A DNA stretch of 64,000 nt from a virus. Taxonomy: Duplodnaviria > Caudoviricetes. Positions within the stretch are counted from its first letter, which is position 1; every line of letters begins with the position of its first letter. The stretch is from positions 1 to 64,000 of IMG/VR virus record IMGVR_UViG_2930461776_000001; one strand, 5' to 3'. The notes under the pieces are model-generated. The model did not search any database. It had not been told where the DNA came from and was given only the letters and a program-made list of their open reading frames with translations. Both the position numbers and the translations under genes were made by a program. Of this stretch, positions 47,026 to 56,768 are shown piece by piece.

Positions 47026-49979
47026 GAGTCCAGGTCACCGGCGACAACGTGCCCGACGCCGTAGTCGACGGCCGCCAAGGAATCGTCGTAGAAGCCAACG
47101 TCGGCGCCGTCTTCGCCGTCAACGGCCAAGTCGGCTCCGTCAACCTCACCGGCGTCACCGGCTGGGCCAACGTGCAGCGCCTCGGAGCCGTAGGCAACGG
47201 CATCATCGACGACACCGCCGCCATCCAGGCCGTCATCGACGCCTGCCCGCCCGGCGGGACCGTCTACCTGCCCCGCGGCGTCTACAAGACCACGACAACT
47301 CTGGACCTGAAGAACGGCGTCAGCCTGCGCGGCGAGCACGCCAACCTCATGGTCGGCCCCGGCATGACCGGCACCGAATACCCGTGCTTCATCCAGCCCG
47401 CCGCCACCTTCACCGGCACAAGCGTCATCCAGATCATCGGCGACACCGACGGCGGCCACCCGAACATCTCCGGCGAACAGCGCATCACCGACCTCATGAT
47501 TGACGGCAGCCTCCTCACCGGCAGCGTTGACGGCCTCTACGCACGCGGCAACGTACAGAACGTCGTCCTCGACAACGTCACGATCCGGCAGGCCACCAAC
47601 AACGGCATCGTCACCGCCTCCCGCTCCGACGGCACCTACCCGTACTCGTGGCGCCTCCACCACGTCATGGTCGACAACTGCCACGCCAACGGCATCCTCC
47701 TCACCGGCTGCACCGACGTCACCCTCGACGACGTCCAGGCAATCGGCTGCTGGGGGCAGGGCTTCATCCTGGAGAACTGCACCAACGGGCAGATGCTGTC
47801 CTGCCGCGCCGAATGGAACGGCAGCCACGGCTACCACATCACAGGCGCGTGGGGCGACTGGGCCGGTTCCGGCGGCATGCAGATCACCGGCTGCCAGACC
47901 GACCGCAACGGCCAGCACGGCCTTCTCGTCGACGCCACCGGCAATACCCCCATCCTCGTCAGCGGATTGCAGACCCGCCGCGACGGACGCAACGGCGGCA
48001 GCGGAGGCGGAGGCTTCGCCGGACTCGCCGTCATCGGCGCCACCGTCCCCGTAGTCGTGGACGACATCACCTGCTACCCCGGCGTCGACGACGGCGACGC
48101 CGGCACCAACTCGCCTCAGTACGGGGCACGCCTGTCCGGCTCCACCACGGTCCTGCTCGACAACGCCTACCTGCACGCGAACACCGCCGGCCTGCTCGAC
48201 GACGGCACCAACACGACCGTCTCCTACGGCGCCAACCTCGTCACCGCCGCCGGCGCCACCACGCAGACCGTCCGCACCCTGTCCAACCCCTACAAGGGCA
48301 TGACCGCGGCCCGGTACGTCGTCGCCAACAACGCCTCAGCACGCGAGAAGGCACGCGCCGACTACCTCTGCGACGGCATCGCCGACCAGGTGCAGATCCA
48401 GGCCGCGATCGACGCCGTCCAGGCTGAGGGCGGCGGCATCGTCCAGCTGTCCCCGGGCGGCTTCAACATCGCCGCCACCATCGAGATCAACGGCACCCTC
48501 GACGAAAACGACCCCCGCACAGTCACCCTCAAGGGCTGCGGGCAGCAGGTCACCGAACTCACCGTCGCATCCGGCGTCACCGGCATCACCATCTCCGACT
48601 GGGCACAGATCCACCTGGAGAAGCTCTGCCTGTTCATCTCCGGCGCGGGGATCGGCATCAAGTCGATCGGCGTCAACGACGTCGGCGACAACAACAACGT
48701 GTCGTTCTGGCACAGCTCGTTCCGTGACCTGCGGATCAACGGCGGTTTCGTCACCACGGCAACCACGTGGGCCATGGAGCTCGGCATGCCATGGCGAAGC
48801 ACCTTCGAGAACATCGAGATCGAAGGCTGCCGCAACGGCATCAAAATCATCAACGACGCGACCATGCAGAACGCAGGCGACTGCGTCTTCTCCCGGTTCT
48901 TCGTCGAGATCGTCGGCGCCGGAGGCTACGCCCTCTACGTCGACTCCATCGACGGCAACATGAACCAGAACACCTGGGTCGACTTCGAAGCCGGCGCCGG
49001 GACCGGCCGATCGGGCAACACCGGCATCTGGCTCGGCGGCACCGCAGGCACCGCAAGCCAGCGCTTCATCGGCAACCTGAACCTCGAACGGTTCGCCACG
49101 CTGATCAATGTCGCCAACGGCAACAGCAATGTCTTCGACGCGAACTACATCACCTGCGAGGGCGTAGGAGCCACGAACAAGGGCTTCGTCACCGGCACGA
49201 ACAGCTACAACAACACGTTCCGGTCCGCCTACTTCAACATCGCCTCGGGCGACACCGTTCAGGTCATCGAAGACGCCAACACCACCTCGAACGCGCCGAA
49301 CATCTTCGAGCGGATCCGCATCGAGAACAACACCAGCGGAACCGTCACCTACTCGAAGACGACGTCCACCGTCCTTCGGGACATCACCACGTTCAACACC
49401 GGCAACGCCATGCCGGACGGGCTGCTTCAGTACCCGCTGAGCACCGTCAACGACGCCACCTTCACCCCCGCCGACCATGGCCTCGTCGCCTGGACCCACG
49501 ACCCCGCCACACTCCGGTCGGCGTCCAACGCCACAACGAGCGGCACCGTCTACCTGTGCAAGGTCAAGGTCGTCAACCGTTCGACGCTGGTGTCCAACGT
49601 CATCGTCGGCATCGAAGCAGCCGGAGTCACCCTCACCTCAGGCCAGTGCTTCGTCGGCCTCTACAACAGCAGCGGCACCCGCCTCGCCGTCAGCGCCGAC
49701 CAGTCGGGCAACTGGACCTCGACCGGCCTGAAGACGATCGCACTCACCGCTGCACAGACCCTCGCCGTCGGCTCCTACTACGTCGCGATCCTCGCCGTCG
49801 GAACAACCCCGCCACAGTTCGCCATGGGCGCCGGCGGGGCCACCACTGCCAGTGCTGGCCTCACCGCCAGCACAGCCCGGTTCCTCACCGGCCCGACCGG
49901 CCAGACGTCGCTGCCGTCATCGATCACCCTGTCCAGCCAGACCGTCACCTCAGGCGCCCGCTGGGCCGCACTCAGCTAG
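47022..49979 (+). CDS. Tailspike/depolymerase with two right-handed beta-helix domains
   Basis: NV..LGA.G.G..DDTAAIQA.ID...GGTVYLP.G.Y and a second DG.AD..QIQAAID...GG.V.L..G.F; Asn/Gly ladders. Confidence 0.8.
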   Translation: MRVQVTGDNVPDAVVDGRQGIVVEANVGAVFAVNGQVGSVNLTGVTGWANVQRLGAVGNGIIDDTAAIQAVIDACPPGGTVYLPRGVYKTTTTLDLKNGVSLRGEHANLMVGPGMTGTEYPCFIQPAATFTGTSVIQIIGDTDGGHPNISGEQRITDLMIDGSLLTGSVDGLYARGNVQNVVLDNVTIRQATNNGIVTASRSDGTYPYSWRLHHVMVDNCHANGILLTGCTDVTLDDVQAIGCWGQGFILENCTNGQMLSCRAEWNGSHGYHITGAWGDWAGSGGMQITGCQTDRNGQHGLLVDATGNTPILVSGLQTRRDGRNGGSGGGGFAGLAVIGATVPVVVDDITCYPGVDDGDAGTNSPQYGARLSGSTTVLLDNAYLHANTAGLLDDGTNTTVSYGANLVTAAGATTQTVRTLSNPYKGMTAARYVVANNASAREKARADYLCDGIADQVQIQAAIDAVQAEGGGIVQLSPGGFNIAATIEINGTLDENDPRTVTLKGCGQQVTELTVASGVTGITISDWAQIHLEKLCLFISGAGIGIKSIGVNDVGDNNNVSFWHSSFRDLRINGGFVTTATTWAMELGMPWRSTFENIEIEGCRNGIKIINDATMQNAGDCVFSRFFVEIVGAGGYALYVDSIDGNMNQNTWVDFEAGAGTGRSGNTGIWLGGTAGTASQRFIGNLNLERFATLINVANGNSNVFDANYITCEGVGATNKGFVTGTNSYNNTFRSAYFNIASGDTVQVIEDANTTSNAPNIFERIRIENNTSGTVTYSKTTSTVLRDITTFNTGNAMPDGLLQYPLSTVNDATFTPADHGLVAWTHDPATLRSASNATTSGTVYLCKVKVVNRSTLVSNVIVGIEAAGVTLTSGQCFVGLYNSSGTRLAVSADQSGNWTSTGLKTIALTAAQTLAVGSYYVAILAVGTTPPQFAMGAGGATTASAGLTASTARFLTGPTGQTSLPSSITLSSQTVTSGARWAALS

Positions 49980-49991
49980 GAGGCCCGCGCC

Positions 49992-50780
49992 ATGGCCGAC
50001 GACCTGCTCGTCATCATTCCGACCAGAGGCCGCCCGCACACCATCCCCGAGATCATGCTGGCGTGGGATGGCACCGGGGCCACCGCGGACGTGCTGTTCG
50101 CGGTCGACACAGACGACCCCGAGCTCGCCGGATACAAGAAGCACGCCGCCGACCTCAAGGCCGACAGCCGGGTCCGCTTCACGTTCGGCAAGCGCAGGCG
50201 CCTCGTCGGCACACTGAACGCGCAGGCGGTGAAGGCGGCCAAGACCCACCGGTTCCTTGCGTTCCTTGGGGACGACCACCGGCCTCGCGTCGCAGACCAG
50301 CCGTGGGACGAGCGCATCCGCATCTGCCTGTCAGGCGGGCCCGGAATCGTCTACGGCAACGACCTACTGCAGGGCGAGAAGATGGCCACCGCCGTCGCGA
50401 TGACCTCGGACATCGTCACCACGCTGGGCTATATGTGCCCTCCGGCCCTGGTCCATCTCTGCGCGGATCTCTGCTGGGTCGACTGGGGCCGCGGCATGGG
50501 GCGGATCACGTACCTCGACGACATGGTCATCGAGCACCTCCACCCCGCCGCGTCCAAGGCGGAGATGGACGAGGTGTACGAGGACTGCAACAGCCCGGAG
50601 CGGGCCGAGCAGGACGCCGCCGCCTATTACGACTACCGCGACAACGGCGGCCTCGAAGCTGACCTGGCCGAGCTGCGGAAGCTCGTCGCGTACAGCAACG
50701 GAGGCGCACTGCCCGCTGGCACGACCAGCGCAACCAACACCACCGGGTCAGCCGAAGCCGTCATCAAGGGGGCGTCGTGA
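49992..50780 (+). CDS. GT-A fold (GT2-like) glycosyltransferase
   Basis: LVIIPTRGRP, VD.DDP, FLGDDH, IEHLHP. Confidence 0.75.
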   Translation: MADDLLVIIPTRGRPHTIPEIMLAWDGTGATADVLFAVDTDDPELAGYKKHAADLKADSRVRFTFGKRRRLVGTLNAQAVKAAKTHRFLAFLGDDHRPRVADQPWDERIRICLSGGPGIVYGNDLLQGEKMATAVAMTSDIVTTLGYMCPPALVHLCADLCWVDWGRGMGRITYLDDMVIEHLHPAASKAEMDEVYEDCNSPERAEQDAAAYYDYRDNGGLEADLAELRKLVAYSNGGALPAGTTSATNTTGSAEAVIKGAS

Positions 50781-51376
50781 CCGCCCAAGCCGTGATCCAG
50801 GCCTGGGATCAGGCCGACCCGTCCGCGATCCACCCGCTCCGCCGTGTCTCTGAGGAGGCGTACTGGGAGTCCGGGAAGGCGCAGGCCGACATGCTGGCCG
50901 CCGTCATCCCCGACGGGGCGAAGGTCATGGACTTCGGGTGCGGTGACGGCCGCGTCGCCATCCCCATGGCCGGACTCGGCTACGAGGTCACTGCTGTCGA
51001 CAGCTCGCAGCGGATGCTCGACCGGCTCACCGAACACGCGCCCGAGCTGACCACGGTCCAGGCGGATGCCGACGGCATCGCCGGGCATCTAGGCCGTCGC
51101 CGTATGGACGCCGTGTACTGCCTGGCCGTCCTCATCCACCACAGCTACGCGGACTGCCTGCACATCATCGGCAAGCTCCGGGCCGCCACCAAGCTCGGCG
51201 GGATCCTCGTCCTCGACTGGCCGCTCTCCGACCAGCCCGGCGAGGCCGACAGCTGGATCGGCGTCACCACCTGGTCCGCTCAGCAGCAGGACGACGCCTG
51301 CCAGCGAATCGGACTGGACCCCGTCGACAGCGAACTGCCGTGGGGCGTCTACCGGGCCGTGAAGGTGGACGCGTGA
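50777..51376 (+). CDS. Class I SAM-dependent methyltransferase
   Basis: VMDFGCGDGR, AVDSS..ML, GG.LVLD. Confidence 0.9.
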   Translation: MTAQAVIQAWDQADPSAIHPLRRVSEEAYWESGKAQADMLAAVIPDGAKVMDFGCGDGRVAIPMAGLGYEVTAVDSSQRMLDRLTEHAPELTTVQADADGIAGHLGRRRMDAVYCLAVLIHHSYADCLHIIGKLRAATKLGGILVLDWPLSDQPGEADSWIGVTTWSAQQQDDACQRIGLDPVDSELPWGVYRAVKVDA

Positions 51377-51771
51377 CTGGTGAGGTTGCGTTCGGGATCC
51401 TCCTCGCCCACCTCGTTGGGGACTACCTCATTCAGTCCGACTGGATGGCGAACGAGAAGACCAAACGGTGGTGGCCCGCCGCCGCGCACGCCGTCACCTA
51501 CGGCCTGCCGTTCCTGCTCATCACCCAGTCCCCGCTCGCGCTCGCGGTCATCGTCGTCACTCACGCGGTCATTGACCACTACCGGCTGGCCAGGCACGTG
51601 GTGTGGGCGAAGAACTTCATCGCCCCACGCTCCTACTGGCATCCGTGGTCGGAGTGCTCAGCGACGGGCTACCACAAGGATCGCCCGACGTGGCTCGCCG
51701 TTTGGCTGATGATCATCGCCGACAACACGATCCACCTCGCCATCAACGCCGCTGCCGTCACCTGGCTCTGA
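51373..51771 (+). CDS. DUF3307-like membrane protein
   Basis: AHLVGDY..QS.WMA..K; H..Y; H..ID; DN..H. Confidence 0.75.
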   Translation: MTGEVAFGILLAHLVGDYLIQSDWMANEKTKRWWPAAAHAVTYGLPFLLITQSPLALAVIVVTHAVIDHYRLARHVVWAKNFIAPRSYWHPWSECSATGYHKDRPTWLAVWLMIIADNTIHLAINAAAVTWL

Positions 51772-51780
51772 GGAGGTTCG

Positions 51781-52647
51781 ATGCGCGTCCTCCTCACGGG
51801 ACACCGAGGCTTCGTCGGCCGCCACCTCTACGAGGCCATGGACGAGCGCGGGTGGCTGGTCACCGGCATCGACCTCGCCGACGGACGCGACGCCCTCGAC
51901 TTCTTCCGCCGCGACGCCAGCCCATGGGACCTCGCCATCCACTGCGCGGCCATCGTCGGCGGCCGGGCCAGCATCGACGGCTCACCACTCGGCGTCGCCA
52001 CCAACCTCGCGCTCGACGCCTGGTACATGCGGTGGCTCATCCGCACCGGCACACCGCGCGCCGTGTACTACTCGAGCAGCGCGGCCTACCCGGTCGCGTT
52101 GCAGCAGCCCGGCGATGTGCGGCGCCTGTACGAAGAGGACATCAGTCTCGCGTACATGGAAGAACCCGACGCGACCTACGGGTGGGCGAAGCTGACGGGG
52201 GAGAAACTCGCCACCTACGCCGAAGCCGAAGGCTGCCGCATCCTCATCCCGCGCCCATTCAGCGGGTACGGCGAGGACCAGGCGCCGTGCTACCCGTTCC
52301 CCGCATTCATCCAGCGCGCCAAGCGGCGCGACGACCCGTTCGAGATCTGGGGCGACGGCAGCTCGACACGCGACTGGATCCACATCGACGACCTGATCGG
52401 CGCCACCCTCGCACTCCTCGACAACGAGGTCACCGGCCCGGTCAACCTCGGCTGGGGACGCGCCACCAGCTTCGACGAACTCGCCAACATCGTCACGGCG
52501 ACCGCCGGCTACCGGCCGCAGCTCAAGCACAGGCTCGACGCCCCGCAAGGCGTCCACCACCGCGTCAGCGACCCCAGCCGGATGCTCAACCACTACGTCC
52601 CGACGGTGACCCTCGAAGAGGGCGTGCGGAGGGCACTCAACACCTGA
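51781..52647 (+). CDS. NAD-dependent epimerase/dehydratase
   Basis: TGHRGFVG, SSSAAY, YGWAK, GDGSSTRD.IHIDD. Confidence 0.92.
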   Translation: MRVLLTGHRGFVGRHLYEAMDERGWLVTGIDLADGRDALDFFRRDASPWDLAIHCAAIVGGRASIDGSPLGVATNLALDAWYMRWLIRTGTPRAVYYSSSAAYPVALQQPGDVRRLYEEDISLAYMEEPDATYGWAKLTGEKLATYAEAEGCRILIPRPFSGYGEDQAPCYPFPAFIQRAKRRDDPFEIWGDGSSTRDWIHIDDLIGATLALLDNEVTGPVNLGWGRATSFDELANIVTATAGYRPQLKHRLDAPQGVHHRVSDPSRMLNHYVPTVTLEEGVRRALNT

Positions 52648-52673
52648 CCACTCCACCCGGAAGGCCCGCGCCC

Positions 52674-52883
52674 ATGGCCACCGACATGTCCTCTACCGAT
52701 CTGCGACACCTCGCTGACGCCCTCGACGCGATGGCCAAGATGAGCGCCGACACCGGCGTCACGATCACCGCCTACAGCGACACGCAGATCACCATCAACA
52801 ACCACGTCGTCCGGATCTCCTGGCATGAGGATGACGGCGGCAAGCCAGGTCACTACCTCGCCGAATGGCCGGACGGGATGTGA
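52674..52883 (+). CDS. Hypothetical protein
   Basis: Conserved start motif. Confidence 0.55.
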   Translation: MATDMSSTDLRHLADALDAMAKMSADTGVTITAYSDTQITINNHVVRISWHEDDGGKPGHYLAEWPDGM

Positions 52884-52894
52884 GAGCCCGCGCC

Positions 52895-53173
52895 ATGGCT
52901 TCCAACACCGACCTCCCCAAATGGGTATGGGATCTGACCATCGCCATGCTCAACCACGAAGACGAACACGGCGCCGACAGCACCTGCCTCAACGCAGTCG
53001 TCAGCGCCATCCCCGTCGACGTCCGCGAACAAGCCGAAGCCATCCGCTCCTACGTCCAAGCCGCCGGGCAGAGCTCGACGAAAGACCACATCGAGTCGAC
53101 GTGGAACACGTTGATGGACGGCTTCTCCGGGTTCAAGGCCCCGAAGACAAGCGATGGCGAGGCGACGCCGTGA
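52895..53173 (+). CDS. Hypothetical protein
   Basis: Conserved start motif. Confidence 0.55.
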   Translation: MASNTDLPKWVWDLTIAMLNHEDEHGADSTCLNAVVSAIPVDVREQAEAIRSYVQAAGQSSTKDHIESTWNTLMDGFSGFKAPKTSDGEATP

Positions 53174-53526
53174 ACGATGCCCTTCCCATCGCGCTGTCCT
53201 GGCTCGCTGCCGCAGCCGCCCTCGCCTTCCACTGGGACAACCGTCGACGGTGGCGCCGCATGAACCGCAAGCCCAGCCCGGCCAAGGCCATCGGCCCGAC
53301 AGCGGCTGTCATCGAGATCGTCGAAAAGGGGCGAGCCACCGACGGCACCCTCGGCGGCAGCGTGATTCTCCCCAACGACATCCGCATCAACGGCCAGTCC
53401 CTCGCTGCCCCCGCTGACCGCCCCATCGTCGTCCACGAGATCAGCACCGAACCCGACGACCTCGTCTGCGTCACCCTCACCCTCATCGCCCGCCGCGTCA
53501 CCATCGCAGCCGAAGGCGACCTCTAA
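53170..53526 (+). CDS. Membrane-anchored hypothetical protein
   Basis: GTGA coupling, N-terminal TM. Confidence 0.55.
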   Translation: MNDALPIALSWLAAAAALAFHWDNRRRWRRMNRKPSPAKAIGPTAAVIEIVEKGRATDGTLGGSVILPNDIRINGQSLAAPADRPIVVHEISTEPDDLVCVTLTLIARRVTIAAEGDL

Positions 53527-53547
53527 CCCCGCAACGGAGCCCGCGCC

Positions 53548-54144
53548 ATGGATCTCCACGCCTGGATCACCCAGCAAGTCGACGCCGCTGAGAAGCGGGC
53601 CCGAGCCTGCGACGCCACCGACTGGCGGCACGTCTTCGACGGCATCATCGTCGACCGCGACACCGATGGCTGGCAGTCCGCGCCCGACAACGCGCGCATC
53701 GCCAGCGTGGCCTACGAGCGGATCTACTGGTCCACCAGTCCGGCTCACTCGCCCCACGCCGACCACATCGTCAGCAACGACCCGGACACCGTCCTGCGCC
53801 GCTGCGAGGCGGACCGCCGCATCCTCGCCCGGCACCGGCTCGACCCCGACGTCACCTACGAGCCCGCCTGCAAGGGCTGCCGCACCTACGGCGACCAAGA
53901 CATGTCGTGGACCGACAACCTCAACGACTGCCCCGAGCTACTCGACCTCGCCCACGCCCACGGGCTGACGGACCGAATCCTCGCCGGACTCGACCGGCCG
54001 CAGCCGCCCGAGCAGCCCAAGCGCGAACCGCACCCGGACGGAATCCTCGGCATGCTCCGAGACGCCTTCGACCACGCGCTCACCGCGCCCATCACCACCA
54101 GCGACGTGCCCGAAGCGCTACGCGGGCCCCGCTGGAAGCCGTAG
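53548..54144 (+). CDS. DUF6221-like protein (second copy)
   Basis: HIV.NDP..VLRRCEADRRIL..H...C..C...CP.L..LA. Confidence 0.7.
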   Translation: MDLHAWITQQVDAAEKRARACDATDWRHVFDGIIVDRDTDGWQSAPDNARIASVAYERIYWSTSPAHSPHADHIVSNDPDTVLRRCEADRRILARHRLDPDVTYEPACKGCRTYGDQDMSWTDNLNDCPELLDLAHAHGLTDRILAGLDRPQPPEQPKREPHPDGILGMLRDAFDHALTAPITTSDVPEALRGPRWKP

Positions 54145-54168
54145 CCCCACACGCCAGGAGCCCGCGCC

Positions 54169-54792
54169 ATGCCCCGCTACCCGGTCACCTACCTCACCGG
54201 CACCACCGACTACACGATCAACTACCTCGACGGCACCACCGAGACCATCGAAGCCGACGGCGTCGAATACGACTCCGACGCCCGTGACTACACCTTTATC
54301 AAGGACAAGCAGGCCGTCGCCCTCGCACCCGTCGCCAACGTCCGCAGCGTCGTCCGTCAGGACACTGGCCCGAAGGCATCCGTCACCTACCCGCACCAGG
54401 ACGGCGACGTCACCGTTCTCGGACCCGAGGTGTTCGCCTCGACCGACCGCGAGGTGCGCAACGAGGTAACCCTCAAGCTCGACGACCAGGGCGTGCGCGG
54501 CGCTATCACCGCCGACATGAACAAGGCGCGCGAGCAGGCCGCCGAGCTAGAGCGGCTGCACACAGGTGAAGAACCCGTCACCGACGAACGCATCACCCCA
54601 ACCCCCGGCCAGTGGATCTGGAAGTGGAATCGGGTCACGCCAGAGAAGCGCCTCGACATGGCGGCACAGATCCTGGACAACATGCCGATCGCGCGCAACT
54701 GCTTCATGAACGACCACGAAGCGCAGATCGAAAGGCTGCGCGCCGAAGTCGAACGGCTCCGTGGCGAGACCGAACGCAGCCCCAAGGAGTAG
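54169..54792 (+). CDS. Mosaic hypothetical protein
   Basis: AGGAG RBS; duplicated Y...YL.GTT start. Confidence 0.55.
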   Translation: MPRYPVTYLTGTTDYTINYLDGTTETIEADGVEYDSDARDYTFIKDKQAVALAPVANVRSVVRQDTGPKASVTYPHQDGDVTVLGPEVFASTDREVRNEVTLKLDDQGVRGAITADMNKAREQAAELERLHTGEEPVTDERITPTPGQWIWKWNRVTPEKRLDMAAQILDNMPIARNCFMNDHEAQIERLRAEVERLRGETERSPKE

Positions 54793-54794
54793 CG

Positions 54795-55106
54795 ATGGGC
54801 GGCGGCTGGCAAGGCAGCACCCGACGCAAGAGACTCCCCCCGAACTGGGAATCACAGATCCGCCCCGCCGCCCACGCCCGCAACCCCGACCACATCTGCC
54901 ACCTCTGCGGACAACCCGGCGGCGACTATCTCGACCACAAGAACCCAGGCGACGACCACAGCCCCGAGAACCTCGACTGGGCCCACGACAAGGTGCCGCC
55001 GCACTGCCACCGGTACAAGAGCAGCCGAGAAGGCCACGCCGCGAAAGCCGCCAACCCGCGGCCCGGACGACGGCGGCCCGAAGAACCGCACCCCGGCGCC
55101 CTGTAA
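54795..55106 (+). CDS. Small HNH protein (packaging-associated type)
   Basis: RLP.NW...CHLC...DH..PGDDH...NL...CH..KS..EG; lies upstream of terminase. Confidence 0.75.
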   Translation: MGGGWQGSTRRKRLPPNWESQIRPAAHARNPDHICHLCGQPGGDYLDHKNPGDDHSPENLDWAHDKVPPHCHRYKSSREGHAAKAANPRPGRRRPEEPHPGAL

Positions 55107-55110
55107 GGCG

Positions 55111-55332
55111 GTGACCGTGCCCGCCTACCTGATCGTCCACCCGCGCGAGCAACGAAAAGATGACGTCCTCATCGAAGACCCCCACCTCACCCTCACCGTC
55201 GCTGACGGATGGGCCGTCTTCACCGACCAGGACGGCATCTGCCTCGCCATCCCCGCCGGACTAGGAGCCCATATCCAGCGGGTAGACGAACCCAAGGACC
55301 CCGACCAGGAGCCCGCGCCGCAGAAGGAGTGA
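55111..55332 (+). CDS. Hypothetical protein
   Basis: Coding bias. Confidence 0.55.
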   Translation: MTVPAYLIVHPREQRKDDVLIEDPHLTLTVADGWAVFTDQDGICLAIPAGLGAHIQRVDEPKDPDQEPAPQKE

Positions 55333-55337
55333 GACCT

Positions 55338-55577
55338 GTGGCCAGCAAAGGACGAGGCAACCGCGGCAACGCCGAAACCCTCCGCCGATACTGGAGTGTT
55401 TCGGGCCCCGGGAACGCCAAGATCCGCTGGGGAACTCCTGGCGACTGGACCCGATGCAATCGGCAGCTCAGCCGCTACCTCGGGGCACGGGCGCGCGGCT
55501 ACTGCCAGCTACTCCATCGCCGCAACACGGGCGTCTACACGGGCAGCCGAGCCAATGTCGGCCGTCGCAGCCGATGA
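55338..55577 (+). CDS. Small basic phage protein
   Basis: AAGGAG RBS; GNAETLRRYW...KIRWGTPGD.TRC...GYC..LH. Confidence 0.65.
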   Translation: MASKGRGNRGNAETLRRYWSVSGPGNAKIRWGTPGDWTRCNRQLSRYLGARARGYCQLLHRRNTGVYTGSRANVGRRSR

Positions 55578-55676
55578 GGAGCCGCCCCACTGTCAGCGGG
55601 CGTTGAGACAATAGAACCCCGGCGAGCGTTGCACCGCTCCCGGGGCCATGGCCAACCCTGACGCGACAGGACCGAC

Positions 55677-56551
55677 ATGACCCAAGCTACACGCCCTAAG
55701 TTCATCCACTGCGCTCGATGCGGCGTCGAAAAGAAGGTGGGCAAACGCGGGCCCGTACCCGCCTTCTGCTCGGGAGCCTGCCGCGCCGGAATCGCGCATG
55801 ACCGGCGCATAGACATCGAGTGCGCGAACTGCGGCCAGCCGGCCAGCGTTCGCAGCGGCAGCCGCTACTGCTCTGCCGCTGCAGAAACGCCAGCAACCAC
55901 CAGGCGGCCCGGATGGATGGGCGATACGACGCCGACCTCGCTAGGCGGCGCGAGGAGACGGCTCGGCGGCGCTCCGCCCACGCGCGACCGTGCCCGTACT
56001 GCGGGGGCCTGATGTTGCCGCCAAGGCGTATCCACTGCGGAGAGCCTGAATGCAAGCGAGCCAACAACGCCGAACGGGCGAGAGCTTGGCACCGCAACTA
56101 CACGGAGGCGACGGGCAAGCGGTACGGGACCGAGAGGTACCGCGAGCAGTCCATCGAGTACTACAAGCAGCGTCGTGAGCGGCTCGGCCACTGGCGGCAG
56201 CTCTACCCGGAAGCCGCGGCACTGGCCGACGCGCGGCGCCGCATGCTGATCCAGCAGGCCGACCAAGGCGAACGGTTCGCACCCAAGGACGTCTACGACC
56301 GGGACGACTGGACGTGTGGGCTGTGCCAGCTACCGGTGGACCCAGGTCTGCCATGGCCGCACCCCATGAGCGCCTCGGTGGACCACATCCTTCCTCTGCC
56401 CCAAGGCGGATCGCACACGCTTGCCAACGTGCAATGTGCTCATCTGAGCTGCAACAGTCGGAAGAGTGATCGAGTTGATGTCGAGATGATCGCCGAGCTG
56501 AGTACCGACCGCGAGGTCGAGCCGGCCCTTCAGGTGATCTTCAGAACGTGA
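55677..56551 (+). pseudogene. Multi-Zn-finger HNH endonuclease with apparent frameshift near 55875
   Basis: First frame breaks after RYCS; the -1 frame continues RCRNA... to RD.W.C.LC...DH..PL..GG.H...N..AH..CN..K. Confidence 0.7.
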
Positions 56552-56569
56552 TCCAATCCCGAAACGGAC

Positions 56570-56645
56570 ATAGGGGGCATGCCCCCCACCCCATGATCTT
56601 TTAGGATCGGGGCCGTAATGCACCTGACATCGCGCCTGGGTTTCC
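56570..56645. other. Candidate cos/packaging site region
   Basis: Non-coding; palindrome GGGGGCATGCCCCC; CGGGGCCGTAA at 56608-56618; strand composition flips from C-rich to G/T-rich here. Confidence 0.4.
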
Positions 56646-56768
56646 AAGGCCCTGACCTGGGGCGATGTCGGGCCCGTTGTTGAGCCTCGCGCCGGCCGAT
56701 CGTCCCGCCTTCGTAACATCCCAGGTCAAGTGGCTGTAGCCGTTAACTAGGCCGGCTAGGCTGGCTGC

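Noticed and set aside
48767-50662. 631-aa Arg/His/Pro-rich ORF and similar off-frame ORFs
   Set aside because: Alternate-frame artefacts of strong GC3 bias in real genes.
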